Virus record (IMG/VR): IMGVR_UViG_3300033996_001430
Location: 10,837 to 74,836 of that record
Source of the DNA: a virus
DNA length: 64,000 nucleotides
Direction: 5' to 3' (one strand)
Made by a program: the position numbers and the translations under genes
The notes under the pieces: generated by a model
Databases searched by the model: none
What the model was told of the DNA's origin: nothing
Seen by the model: the letters and a program-made list of their open reading frames with translations, nothing else
Shown here: one piece after another, positions 17,851 through 28,093 of the stretch
How positions within the stretch are numbered: the stretch's first letter is position 1
How the letters are laid out: the number at the start of each line of letters is the position of its first letter

Positions 17851-19337
17851 TATGGTTGAAGTATTGAAGAAGCGTATTTATAAGATTCTTCAGGTATTTT
17901 ACCTCTAAGTTCAGTAAATGGCGTTTTATTTTTAAACGCTTCTGAATATGCTTTTAAGTTAGGACCACTATTATATCCCGCAATTGAAAGATCAAGTCTT
18001 CCTGGAAATTTACTCAATAATACTTTCATCATTTTAGGATACGCTTTCAACGCATCACTAACATTACAAGGATCACCACCACCCCCATAAGTTGGCCAAG
18101 TTCCCGGCATAAACTGAGCAATACCTTTAGCACCCGCACTTGAATTTCTCTTACATAACATAACATCAGGACTAAATGCAGACTCACTAAATAATTGTCT
18201 GATTGCAATTTTTGGGTCTAACCCAATCTCTTCAACATCAGACATAAACGTTTCATAACTATCTCCAGCAGCATTTTTGAATCTAGATTCAATATCTGAC
18301 GGGTATTCTCTAACTTTTATACCTGGATTTTCAATTACCATTGGATTAAAGTTTTTATTACTCTTATCACTTTTACCAAAAGTATATCTCTTACCTGTTA
18401 TTTTAAATAATAAATCGCTTATAATACCACCTGTCGTATCAGGTGTTAATTTACCTGTCTGTTCTAAATTATTGGTTTCTTGATAGTCCTCAATAGCCTG
18501 TGTTGTTTCACCATCTACTTGACCTGTCATTGGTAAATCGCTTTTATTTATAACATTCAAGGAAAATTGCATGGTTTTAATATCTTCAGGTGTCGCTCCA
18601 CTTTCCATATTATCTTTTTTAGATAATATGGTTTGAATTGATTTAAAAAGTCTTTGGGACGCAGTTTGGGTTTCAGTATTAGTACTACTATCAGTATTAG
18701 CACCAACCGTTATATTTTTTAAATCACCCATATTAGCATAAACCTGATCTCTCATTAACTTGTGTTGCGCAGATCCTACGTGAACACCATCATTACTCCA
18801 ACTCATATCACCAACTAATTTTGGTATTACTACCGCTCCAGTAATACTAGTCGCCAAATCAGTTTGGTATTTCACTCTTTTAGGTTTATAAGCTATCATA
18901 CATTCTCTATCACAATATTTAGTTGGTTTAACTTTTTCCGGATTAAATATTGTTTCACTGTCAAATCCTACCAATACAATTGCCTTTCCACCTTGACCAT
19001 TAACTAAGTCAACCATTTTTTGTATATTACCAATTGGTTTTGTTATTGGTTGTGGAGACATTACGTCATTTGCACCACCATAAATGAAAACTAAATCATA
19101 TTTTTTTTCACTTAATTTTGTTGTAAGGTTTTCCAACATCCAATCAGTTCTCATCCCACCTTTAGCAACCTGAGTTACATCCCATTCAGGATGGTCTTTA
19201 GCAATTAAGTAGTTCCATGTCCATCCATCACCAGCACTATGACTATCACCAACAAACATAACATTAATTTTCCCGTTATCTTCTTTGATGAGGTGTACTA
19301 AAGTTTTTAATTGTTCTTCACTTATTATAATCTTCAT
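17850..19337 (-). CDS. SGNH esterase + peptidoglycan-binding + lytic transglycosylase (SLT) fusion, with leader
   Basis: GDSH, GANDV and DGVH (SGNH); TGQVDGETTQAI..YQ (PG-binding); SESAF, GAKGIAQFMPGT and AGYNSG (SLT). Confidence 0.85.
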   Translation of the reverse strand: MKIIISEEQLKTLVHLIKEDNGKINVMFVGDSHSAGDGWTWNYLIAKDHPEWDVTQVAKGGMRTDWMLENLTTKLSEKKYDLVFIYGGANDVMSPQPITKPIGNIQKMVDLVNGQGGKAIVLVGFDSETIFNPEKVKPTKYCDRECMIAYKPKRVKYQTDLATSITGAVVIPKLVGDMSWSNDGVHVGSAQHKLMRDQVYANMGDLKNITVGANTDSSTNTETQTASQRLFKSIQTILSKKDNMESGATPEDIKTMQFSLNVINKSDLPMTGQVDGETTQAIEDYQETNNLEQTGKLTPDTTGGIISDLLFKITGKRYTFGKSDKSNKNFNPMVIENPGIKVREYPSDIESRFKNAAGDSYETFMSDVEEIGLDPKIAIRQLFSESAFSPDVMLCKRNSSAGAKGIAQFMPGTWPTYGGGGDPCNVSDALKAYPKMMKVLLSKFPGRLDLSIAGYNSGPNLKAYSEAFKNKTPFTELRGKIPEESYKYASSILQP

Positions 19338-19339
19338 AA

Positions 19340-20485
19340 TTAAACATTAAATAATGGTTCATTTTTAAATAACACTAACCCACCTTTACTTACAACTTCA
19401 TAATCTTTGTTTTCAAATACCACATAGTTAGATCCATTGTCACTTATAAACATCAATAAATCAACATAATTTGGATTATACATTTTCATGGAGTTTGTTG
19501 GTACCGCATATTTAAAACCATCAATTGTACTTGGTTTAAGTTTACCATTTAATGGTTTTATTTGGTAATATAAATTTTCACTATTCACTTTTAAATCTCT
19601 CCCATATCTTGTGTCTTGAATTGATCCAGGACAATATTCAGTTAAACCACCTTCTTCAATATTATATATTTGTTTTAAAACATTAATCGCATTTTGCTCA
19701 TTGGTAATACCTCTTTTTAATGTACTCCAATTTAATTCTTCTAAATCATCCAAATATATAGATTCAGGACCTAAAATTTCTTCACTGTTATTTACTAACC
19801 AACTTAAAAATTTAGTTTTAAAATCTTCAAAAATGTCTTTTTTACCTTCTAAACTTGTTTTTGTTTTGTTTGCATATATTTCAAGTAACTTTGATATAAC
19901 TTCCGAGTTTGTATCAAAATAATTTAATATTGACCAATCAGATATTAAAGAAAAATTTTCACCATATTTTACACCTCTATAATGTATAACACCTCTATTG
20001 GTTTTGCAATTTTCATCCTTAACTGACTCACCATACATTGTATCTCCATTCTCATCTGTCTTGGTTGAATAAATTTTTTGCAGTAACTGTCTAAGAGTTT
20101 TTTGATAAGTGTCACCATCTTTATCATATTTTAATAGATATGACAAAGTTCTGTCATTACCAATAAGAACATTATATTTACCATCATTATTTAAAATGTA
20201 TGGGTCCCAAGTAGGATTTTTAAATACAAACGTATTTTTACCAATTTTTACTTCTTTACCGTCTTTAACAAGGATAATATCTTTATCACGATTATTTTGT
20301 ATTAATATTTTATCATCATTACTTATTCCTTTCACAACAATAAGTGATGTACTACCGTAAGATTTTTTTTCTGTCGCAGTATATTTAATTTTTAGAGGTC
20401 CACCATCAAGTTCTTCGCCTTCTTTAATGATACCCATTAAAGTTTTTATCCTATCCAACTCCTCAATAATTATATTTTTACCCAT
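19340..20485 (-). CDS. leader-bearing protein, possible PD-(D/E)xK nuclease C terminus
   Basis: NEQNA..QDTRYGRD..YQIKP. Confidence 0.45.
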   Translation of the reverse strand: MGKNIIIEELDRIKTLMGIIKEGEELDGGPLKIKYTATEKKSYGSTSLIVVKGISNDDKILIQNNRDKDIILVKDGKEVKIGKNTFVFKNPTWDPYILNNDGKYNVLIGNDRTLSYLLKYDKDGDTYQKTLRQLLQKIYSTKTDENGDTMYGESVKDENCKTNRGVIHYRGVKYGENFSLISDWSILNYFDTNSEVISKLLEIYANKTKTSLEGKKDIFEDFKTKFLSWLVNNSEEILGPESIYLDDLEELNWSTLKRGITNEQNAINVLKQIYNIEEGGLTEYCPGSIQDTRYGRDLKVNSENLYYQIKPLNGKLKPSTIDGFKYAVPTNSMKMYNPNYVDLLMFISDNGSNYVVFENKDYEVVSKGGLVLFKNEPLFNV

Positions 20486-20497
20486 AACTTATAAATA

Positions 20498-21166
20498 TCA
20501 CAATTTAATTTCTTTATGGAATCCGCTATATTTTAACACTTCATCTCTTATATTTAACTCAAGATCAATTTTATTCCTGTCAACATTAAAATTACCTTCA
20601 GAACCAGCTTCTGTATTCCACCCATTTTTATTACTATTTAAAAATTTAACAAAAAAGTTCTCAAATTGCATTATAAAACCTGGATCAGCATCACCATCCG
20701 CCCTTAGATAGTTAAACCCATAATCATTATGACCAGCCCAAAAATCAACACTAAACCAACTAACTCCGTCATCATCCATCATTTCCACAATATGTACAGG
20801 AGTTTTTTCCTGATATTCATGTGGCGCGTATTCCATAAAATAACAATAACTTTTAATGTCTATTTTTTTCTCTTCAGGATATATTCTAAAAATTAATTCG
20901 TGATTATCATTAAGATCAAAGTCAACAAGATCAGTTAATAAATGCATATGATCTTTAGTATATTCCATAAAGAAATTACGAAAAGTACCAATCATAGGTA
21001 CTTTTTTATTACTATTATGTGTTTGACCATCAAACAAAACTGTAGGTTGGAATGATCCTACATTTTCAATCTCATCACCGTAACAATGAACCAAAACCTC
21101 ACAGGGACCAATGTCTTCAAGATAAAGAAATATTGCTTGAGCTATTTTATTTATCTTATTACTCAT
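20498..21166 (-). CDS. hypothetical protein, paralog of 21163-21828
   Basis: FLYLE..GWNTEAGSEG shared with neighbour. Confidence 0.7.
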   Translation of the reverse strand: MSNKINKIAQAIFLYLEDIGPCEVLVHCYGDEIENVGSFQPTVLFDGQTHNSNKKVPMIGTFRNFFMEYTKDHMHLLTDLVDFDLNDNHELIFRIYPEEKKIDIKSYCYFMEYAPHEYQEKTPVHIVEMMDDDGVSWFSVDFWAGHNDYGFNYLRADGDADPGFIMQFENFFVKFLNSNKNGWNTEAGSEGNFNVDRNKIDLELNIRDEVLKYSGFHKEIKL

Positions 21167-21828
21167 TCTATATCTTCAAGTTTTATTTCAAGATGTAAAT
21201 CACTGTCAACCTGTTCTCTAGTATTCCAAATATGTTCAATTTCAATTTCTTGTTTAGTTACAGTTATTACTCCAGTAGCACCTTCATTGTTTTCCCAACC
21301 ACCAAATGATCGTTCCAAATAAGTATAAACAACGTCTTCCATTCCCGCACTCAAATCATATTCAACTCCATTATTTCCTTCACCTTTATCTTCAATGTGT
21401 CCATCATCTCCACCGCCTTCATATTTAACCGTAATTGATTCAAGGTTGTGTTCATCTAAAAATGAATTTACTTCCTCGTTACCATTTAATTCATAACTAT
21501 CACCAGCAGATTCTTCACCATTTTCTGTTATTTCACTAGTAATAATCATAATTTTTGATTCCACTTTAAATTTTATAAATAAACGGTAATACTCCTCCTC
21601 ACTTTCACTTTGAGACCCATACCATATTTTATGACCATATTTTTCTATAATCATATCAAAAAGTGGTAAAAAATTAGACGGAATTTTAACGTCTTTACGT
21701 AATCCATTAATCCATACTTTTTCATCCCACCATTCTATACTAGTTATTTCCATGCTAAAATCAACGGATGCCTCGTCGGTATTAAATTGTTCTAAATAAA
21801 GGAAAAATGATGTTAATAATCTTTTCAT
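21163..21828 (-). CDS. DUF6878-like protein
   Basis: YEGGGDDG and GWENNEGATG motifs. Confidence 0.6.
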   Translation of the reverse strand: MKRLLTSFFLYLEQFNTDEASVDFSMEITSIEWWDEKVWINGLRKDVKIPSNFLPLFDMIIEKYGHKIWYGSQSESEEEYYRLFIKFKVESKIMIITSEITENGEESAGDSYELNGNEEVNSFLDEHNLESITVKYEGGGDDGHIEDKGEGNNGVEYDLSAGMEDVVYTYLERSFGGWENNEGATGVITVTKQEIEIEHIWNTREQVDSDLHLEIKLEDIE

Positions 21829-21853
21829 AATACTATTTTATAATAAATATAAG

Positions 21854-22207
21854 TTAATCGTCAAATTTCATCTTCATTGTACGTATCATCCACATTGGTC
21901 TTTCGTTTGACTCAATAGCCTTTATCCAATCGTGAGCACTTGGAATATAATTATTACAATCTTCTTTGATGTGATCTTCCCCCACATATCGTGTATAAAC
22001 GACTTTACCATCACTATTGATGAATGAGGACCCAAATATCTTTTCCATCTCAAAAATACCCTCTGAATGATGTCTAAACATCCTGTGTAAAGAATTTCCA
22101 ACCCATGCTTTGGTCTCATCCAACCAATTATGTAAATGGATATAATCTTCTTCTTTACCTCCGTATTTCTTAACTGAACTTTTTGCGTGTATTAATGGGT
22201 GTGCCAT
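21854..22207 (-). CDS. DUF6915-like protein
   Basis: MAHP..HAKSS..HNWLDETK..HRMFRHHSEG..GEDHIKED. Confidence 0.7.
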   Translation of the reverse strand: MAHPLIHAKSSVKKYGGKEEDYIHLHNWLDETKAWVGNSLHRMFRHHSEGIFEMEKIFGSSFINSDGKVVYTRYVGEDHIKEDCNNYIPSAHDWIKAIESNERPMWMIRTMKMKFDD

Positions 22208-22270
22208 GATAAATGATTTTTTTATATAATAGTGAATTTTATAATGGAATTGTAGTGATATTTATTATAT

Positions 22271-22471
22271 ATGAAAATTATAATCACAGAGAAACAAGCC
22301 GATATACTATTTGGAAATAAGATCCATTGTTCAAAATGTGATCACTCATGGAAAAAAGAAAAGGATGATAAACATCCTTATTTATGCCATTCATGTGGTT
22401 GGGATAACAAATCCAAAAAATATAATAAAGTAGAACTAAAAAAGTTTTGGGATAACCATACCAAAAAATAG
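22271..22471 (+). CDS. small zinc-ribbon protein with leader
   Basis: MKIIITEKQ; CSKC..CHSC; TATTTAT upstream. Confidence 0.75.
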   Translation: MKIIITEKQADILFGNKIHCSKCDHSWKKEKDDKHPYLCHSCGWDNKSKKYNKVELKKFWDNHTKK

Positions 22472-22472
22472 G

Positions 22473-24239
22473 TTATGCACGTTTTTGAACATAATTATTA
22501 GTAATCGCTTTAGAGGTAACTCCTTTAACCATATCATTAGCTTTTTTGACCACATTATCATCATTACTAGCAAGTTGGGTTCCTTTGTCTATAAGTTTAC
22601 CAAATTGATCATATGCTTTATATCCTTTATCCGCAGTTTTTGCATAATCACCTGATTTAACCGCCCCTTTAAAATCTTTTGTAAGTATTTTTTTATAATC
22701 CCCAATACCATAACCTAATTCAAGTGCGGTCTTTGCTTTATCACCAGCAACATAACCCGTAGCGTCCGCAGTGTATCCTTTTACTTTATCTTTAGCCGGA
22801 TCGTATATAACTTTCTGTGTTATTTTTTTAGCATCTGCTTTAATTTGATCTTGAGTCAATTTTTTAATTCCAAGATCGGTCGCAAGTTTGGTTTCCGACG
22901 CAGCTCCCGTACCAGACCATTTCACTATACCTTGGAAAAGTTGTTCCATCCACGCAGCAGCTTTAGTAACCATGCCACCAATAGTTGTCGCACCAAGTTT
23001 TTCAACTACCCATGTACCCGCTTGTTTTATTAGACCCGCCGCCCAACTCAACGCACCACCAATCTTACTAACCCAAGGTTTAACGTATTTAATAAACCAA
23101 GATTGTTTGGCAATCTTTTGAAAAAATGAACCAATTGTGCCTCCCGCCCCAAAAAATGGTTTTAGGAACTTACCAATGATTTTTGCTAATGCCCCCGCAG
23201 TACATAGACCAATTACGCTAAAAAATAATTTACCCCAAGAACCAATACCTGAAGCAATTTGTGATACATCAAATAATGTTAATGCCGCCCATGCCGCGGT
23301 AACCCCAAGTGCCCCAACACCTGTATAATCTAATAATGTTTGTAGTATTGCCCCACCTGTACTCATAAGAATATCTCTCATTTGTTCAAAGAACCAAGGT
23401 ATTCCTTTTTCTTTTAACCATGTAAAACCTTTTTTAACCAAATCAACACCAGCACCCGCAGCCGCTAAAAAAGTATTATAATTGGCTCCACTATAACCCA
23501 AACCTTCTAATCTTTTCCAAATTGCTCGGTATTGAGTCGGATCAAAGTCTGACATCTCAGCATTAAGCCAAGCTCTAAGATTTCCATATGGTTTAATTTG
23601 ATATGCAATTATTTCATTAACTTTATCTAAAATATTTTTATTTACAATAAGATCTATTGCTTTAACCGCATCATCTTCATTTGTTCCGTCGTAGTCATCA
23701 AATACGTTATCACCATCAAGATCAAACGCCCTTTTTAACGCATTAACAACAGAATATGCCGCACTATCATTTTTAGCTTTAATATCAGCCTCACTCTTTA
23801 AAAACGCCGCCTTTTGTTCAGGTGTCATTTTTGCAAGAGCGTCATTTCTTTTTTGATTTTCAGCATCAATTTTTTTATCAATATCTTTAATCCATCCCCA
23901 TCCCGACCAATCGTCGTCTTCTTCTTCAGATAATATATTTGACTTTGTAACTTCATTTACAAAACTTTCTTTTAGAAACGAAAAGAATTTATCAACCTCA
24001 TTTTTAGGATTGAATGTTGATTCAACAATTACGTCACCATTAAACTCCCTTTCGTAACTCTCTCTAATAGTTTTATTATTACCAAATAAATTAGTAATGT
24101 ACTCATTCTGACTTTCCTTTAGGAATACCGCTTTATTTGTGAAGTTAGGATTTGTCTCCATCTCAAATAAATGTAATCCCCTATGAAAATCTAATTGTCT
24201 TTCAACTTTAGATAAGTAATAATTTAACCTATTGTCCAT
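22473..24239 (-). CDS. putative virion or ejection protein with annexin-like segment and Gly/Ala-rich hydrophobic region
   Basis: several (I/L)xE sites in first 105 aa; DGTNEDDAV..LRAWLNAEMS; long amphipathic and TM-like helices. Confidence 0.55.
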   Translation of the reverse strand: MDNRLNYYLSKVERQLDFHRGLHLFEMETNPNFTNKAVFLKESQNEYITNLFGNNKTIRESYEREFNGDVIVESTFNPKNEVDKFFSFLKESFVNEVTKSNILSEEEDDDWSGWGWIKDIDKKIDAENQKRNDALAKMTPEQKAAFLKSEADIKAKNDSAAYSVVNALKRAFDLDGDNVFDDYDGTNEDDAVKAIDLIVNKNILDKVNEIIAYQIKPYGNLRAWLNAEMSDFDPTQYRAIWKRLEGLGYSGANYNTFLAAAGAGVDLVKKGFTWLKEKGIPWFFEQMRDILMSTGGAILQTLLDYTGVGALGVTAAWAALTLFDVSQIASGIGSWGKLFFSVIGLCTAGALAKIIGKFLKPFFGAGGTIGSFFQKIAKQSWFIKYVKPWVSKIGGALSWAAGLIKQAGTWVVEKLGATTIGGMVTKAAAWMEQLFQGIVKWSGTGAASETKLATDLGIKKLTQDQIKADAKKITQKVIYDPAKDKVKGYTADATGYVAGDKAKTALELGYGIGDYKKILTKDFKGAVKSGDYAKTADKGYKAYDQFGKLIDKGTQLASNDDNVVKKANDMVKGVTSKAITNNYVQKRA

Positions 24240-24313
24240 AATATTTTTAATTCTTATATAATAAATATTACCATATACTAAAAACTATGATTTTTAATAT
24301 ATTTATATAAAGT

Positions 24314-25285
24314 ATGAAAGATATTAAATTACATAGTATTATAAAAAGAGTATTGTTGGAAGAGGTTGACGATAAGGCTTTTACCAAAAGAGAAATAATA
24401 TTCTTTAAATTTTTAAACGAGTTTAAAGAATCCGCTCAACCATCATCAGAAAAGTTAAGTAAATTTATCCAAAGTAATATGTCTTCATTTGGTTTTAAAC
24501 CTGAGGACTATACCGAACTTTCAAATAGGTACACTCAGAATTATAGAGAAGATGGCAGATACGAGGACACTAAAACAAGTGAACTTAAACAATATCACAA
24601 CTTAAAAACTAAAAAGGTAACCAACACAAACGCATCCGAAAGAGTCTCAGAACTACTACCATTTAAAGGATCTAACTTAGAAGGTAGATGGGAACAAGAC
24701 GGTAAAGGTGATTGGGGTTATGTCGTTCTTTCATATAATTGGTATCCTATATACATTTACAAATATAAAAAATGGTTTGAAACTTCTAATTCATATTCAT
24801 CATCCACATCTAAACAGATGAGGAATACAAGACCAACAAGATGGAATAGTAAGATAGGAAAACAAATGTTGATTTGTGATCGTAATGAGATGGATCAGAT
24901 AAGACGTGGTTCTATTAGTCCAGAACAATTAGTTGTAAATAAAAATAACAATTTTACTGAATCAATTGATAAATTGATTGACTCACATACTTTACAAACA
25001 ATCAGAGTTGGTTGGTTCCCAAGATTAAGATTATCGTTTTACTACACAGGAGTTAGATTCAATGAGAAAATGCCTGAGGTAGACATAAACATTGTTAAAG
25101 TTGATAAGATAATTGATAACAAAATAGATAGAGAATCAGGTGATTTCTTTACAGGTAATATGGTTGGTGTCACTGAAGAATATTTAAAAACCTCAGTTAA
25201 TTCACACTTTGAAAGATCATTTACTGAAATGTTAGGTAGAGATCTATCCGAAAGTATAATAGTTAACATATCTTTTAAAAAATAA
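24314..25285 (+). CDS. leader-bearing hypothetical protein
   Basis: IIKRVLLEE; TATTTATA upstream. Confidence 0.8.
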   Translation: MKDIKLHSIIKRVLLEEVDDKAFTKREIIFFKFLNEFKESAQPSSEKLSKFIQSNMSSFGFKPEDYTELSNRYTQNYREDGRYEDTKTSELKQYHNLKTKKVTNTNASERVSELLPFKGSNLEGRWEQDGKGDWGYVVLSYNWYPIYIYKYKKWFETSNSYSSSTSKQMRNTRPTRWNSKIGKQMLICDRNEMDQIRRGSISPEQLVVNKNNNFTESIDKLIDSHTLQTIRVGWFPRLRLSFYYTGVRFNEKMPEVDINIVKVDKIIDNKIDRESGDFFTGNMVGVTEEYLKTSVNSHFERSFTEMLGRDLSESIIVNISFKK

Positions 25286-25316
25286 AAAAGTCGGATCTAA
25301 GTCCGACTTTATTTTT
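25282..25316. terminator. bidirectional terminator between convergent genes
   Basis: AAAGTCGGA/TCCGACTTT stem with A and T tracts. Confidence 0.8.
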
Positions 25317-25329
25317 ACAATCCTTAATT

Positions 25330-25566
25330 TTATAACCCGTAGTTAACTCTTTTATCACCTAACAATTCCAAGGCTTTCTCAACCGCCATGTCTTTGTTTT
25401 TAAGACCACGTTCTTTAATCTTCTTACCATGTACGATTTGATAAGTAGTTGAAGCGACTTCTTTGTTATCACCTTTCCCAGATTGTTTTTTAATAGCTTC
25501 CATCGCATAAACATCTAAAAAACCAACTTTACAAATGTAACGACCTTTTGTTGAACCTTTTACCAT
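25330..25566 (-). CDS. small basic hypothetical protein
   Basis: TACATTTG promoter at 25600-25607. Confidence 0.75.
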   Translation of the reverse strand: MVKGSTKGRYICKVGFLDVYAMEAIKKQSGKGDNKEVASTTYQIVHGKKIKERGLKNKDMAVEKALELLGDKRVNYGL

Positions 25567-25612
25567 TTTTTTATTTTTTTGTTTTAATTAATACTTCTAC
25601 AAATGTACGAAT

Positions 25613-25960
25613 TTATTTTTGATCTGACAACATAAAATTTAAAAATTTTCTTATTGTCCTAATAATTTTTACTCTTTCAGGATCTTGTTCATCCATATCG
25701 TAAACATAATCAGTCATATCATTTTCATATAACATATTTACAATACTATTTTCCATGTCTTTTTTTGACATATACCCATTAAACCCATATCCTGGCAACC
25801 CTTCAAATTTGTATTCCTTAACTTTTAATCCTCCCCAGTCATCACCTATCTTTCTTTCGTTAACCTTAAGTCTTCTAATTAAGAAATAAAACAATTTACT
25901 ATCTATATCTTCGTGTTGTGAAGATATTTGTTCATTCTCATTCAAAGTTGACTTAATCAT
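25613..25960 (-). CDS. leader-bearing hypothetical protein
   Basis: MIKSTLNENE. Confidence 0.7.
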   Translation of the reverse strand: MIKSTLNENEQISSQHEDIDSKLFYFLIRRLKVNERKIGDDWGGLKVKEYKFEGLPGYGFNGYMSKKDMENSIVNMLYENDMTDYVYDMDEQDPERVKIIRTIRKFLNFMLSDQK

Positions 25961-26449
25961 TTATTTAAGAAATTTTAATTTGTAAAGAGTAGAATTTATT
26001 AGTTCTTCTACAGTATCAATTTGGTTCTGCAAATAACTTTCTTTAACTGAATCACGATTATCAGAAATAACATCCAATAACTCTTTAAAGTACTTAATTA
26101 ATTGATCATTTGACTTATAATCAACCATATCAAAAGTTTTGTAATTTTTAACTAATCCGTGTTTACCCTGATATGATTCAACTAACCCGTCAACTAATCC
26201 ATCTATACCTTCATAATATTTTTGTAGTGCTTTATGTTCTGAATATGAAGTTGTTTGTAAATGAAGGATATGTACTTGTGTTTGTGAATGTAATAACTTA
26301 CAAACTATTTCACAAAACTGATCATTACTTCCTTCGGACTCTGAATCATTTTCATTATTGTCATCTTTGTCTTCAATTGTATCTTCCTGTTCGTATAAAC
26401 CTTGTTTTTTTAATTCTTCAAACAATTTTTCTGTTAGATTTTTTTCCAT
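25961..26449 (-). CDS. ferritin/Dps-like protein (DUF5856-like) with leader
   Basis: HILHLQT.SYSEHKAL..YYE..DGLVESYQG..LYKLKFL. Confidence 0.7.
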   Translation of the reverse strand: MEKNLTEKLFEELKKQGLYEQEDTIEDKDDNNENDSESEGSNDQFCEIVCKLLHSQTQVHILHLQTTSYSEHKALQKYYEGIDGLVDGLVESYQGKHGLVKNYKTFDMVDYKSNDQLIKYFKELLDVISDNRDSVKESYLQNQIDTVEELINSTLYKLKFLK

Positions 26450-26477
26450 AGTTTTTTATTAATAAATATACTCAAGT

Positions 26478-26978
26478 TTATGATTTTACAACCAAATCCT
26501 TTTCTGATATAATAATACTAGATTCATCAAACGTACTATCTAACCTTAATATCTCATTTTTAATCTCAGAAAATGAAGACCACAATAACGATCCTTCAGT
26601 TTTTGGACTGTAATCATTATCAACCAAATATTGTACTATAATATTTTCTTCCAATGTTATGAACCCATGAGCAAACCCTCTTGGGACAATTAATTCATCA
26701 CCACCTTTCATTTCAAAAAATTGGCAGTTATTATACGATCTAAGTGGTTTCCTTAAATCCACCACAAAATCTAAAATTCTACCATTAATGACCTTTACCA
26801 ATTTTGCTTGGGAGGTTTCTCCTGTTTGATAATGTAATCCTCTTAATGTAAACTTTTTTGGGTTCACGCTAATATTACTTTGTTTCCATTCCTTGTCTAA
26901 TTCAAACAACGAAAGAGGACTAAATGATCCTCTCTCATCATAGAATATTCTGTTGTTGATTATTCTTGGTTGTTCCAT
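26478..26978 (-). CDS. rmlC: dTDP-4-dehydrorhamnose 3,5-epimerase
   Basis: DERGSF, LRGLHYQ, QAKLV, VDLR and PRGFAHGF motifs. Confidence 0.9.
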   Translation of the reverse strand: MEQPRIINNRIFYDERGSFSPLSLFELDKEWKQSNISVNPKKFTLRGLHYQTGETSQAKLVKVINGRILDFVVDLRKPLRSYNNCQFFEMKGGDELIVPRGFAHGFITLEENIIVQYLVDNDYSPKTEGSLLWSSFSEIKNEILRLDSTFDESSIIISEKDLVVKS

Positions 26979-27670
26979 TATATAAATTTAATTTCGTTAG
27001 TTATAGGGTCCCAATCAATATTCCATGGAGTATGTGAATAAAGATATCGTTCGTTCAATACAGACGCATTGAAGTAGTGTGTGTGACCATCAAAGTAGTG
27101 TCCATGACCAGTATGGATATGACCACAGATATGGATCTTAGGTTTGATTTGTTTGATTCTCTCCGCAAGTAATTCACAACCCAAGTGAACATTGCGATTA
27201 CCTTCAACATCATCTAATATTCCCCAAGCCGGTCCGTGAGTAATCAATATATCAATACCTTCAGGAATCATATCCCATTTTGCTTTCAACTCTTCACCAT
27301 TTCGTGGTAAGTTAAATGCCCAATTGTAGAACTCAGGTTGCCAAGGAGATCCCCAAATTTTAACTTCAGGACCATCACCATCTTGTGTAGTCATTAACTC
27401 ATCTTGGACGTATTCAATAGTCTTGTACCCTGTTAATATATCTTTTACTTTCTCAACATTGTTTTGAAAACCCCAATCATGATTACCTGCAATGAATACT
27501 TTATGGTCATAGGTTACGATTTTATCGTACCAAGCAGCAAACTCACGTATCTCGTGTTCGTAACCCATAGAACTAATATCACCCGCATGGATTAACAAAT
27601 CACCACCAGGTAAATCGTGGTGTACGTGTTTGTGTTTTCCGTGTGTGTCTGATATGATAGTTAATTTCAT
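26978..27670 (-). CDS. metallophosphoesterase (MPPED-like)
   Basis: SDTH, HAGD, AGNHD, THGP, GHIH; TATATTTG 4 nt upstream of ATG 27670. Confidence 0.9.
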   Translation of the reverse strand: MKLTIISDTHGKHKHVHHDLPGGDLLIHAGDISSMGYEHEIREFAAWYDKIVTYDHKVFIAGNHDWGFQNNVEKVKDILTGYKTIEYVQDELMTTQDGDGPEVKIWGSPWQPEFYNWAFNLPRNGEELKAKWDMIPEGIDILITHGPAWGILDDVEGNRNVHLGCELLAERIKQIKPKIHICGHIHTGHGHYFDGHTHYFNASVLNERYLYSHTPWNIDWDPITNEIKFI

Positions 27671-27687
27671 AATACAAATATACAAAA

Positions 27688-28080
27688 TTAATAGTGTAAA
27701 TCCAAATAAAGATTGTCGTCATCTGTATATTTTACACAACAAAATGCAGGATGGTATTGGTCTTTCAAATCATCAGTTAACTCATGAATATGTTTTGAAG
27801 GATCATCCACATAGTACATTGGTTCTTCTCCATTCTTTCTCCTTTGGATTTCTTCTTCCATTCGGGCATTATGGGTCATAGACATATTATACTGTTCTCC
27901 TTCTTTCAATACCACACCCCATCCGTGTTGCTCATAATACTTATCTTCAACTCTTTGGGCAAGAACAAGAGCATCATCAGGTAATTCAGGATGATCCTCC
28001 AAAAACTTTCTAAGTTTCCCGATGGTAAGGTAATATTCGTAATTACCTTTTAAATCATCAATGACATTTATTTTACCCAT
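27688..28080 (-). CDS. hypothetical protein
   Basis: 130-aa ORF in operon. Confidence 0.75.
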   Translation of the reverse strand: MGKINVIDDLKGNYEYYLTIGKLRKFLEDHPELPDDALVLAQRVEDKYYEQHGWGVVLKEGEQYNMSMTHNARMEEEIQRRKNGEEPMYYVDDPSKHIHELTDDLKDQYHPAFCCVKYTDDDNLYLDLHY

Positions 28081-28093
28081 TACACTAATTTTT

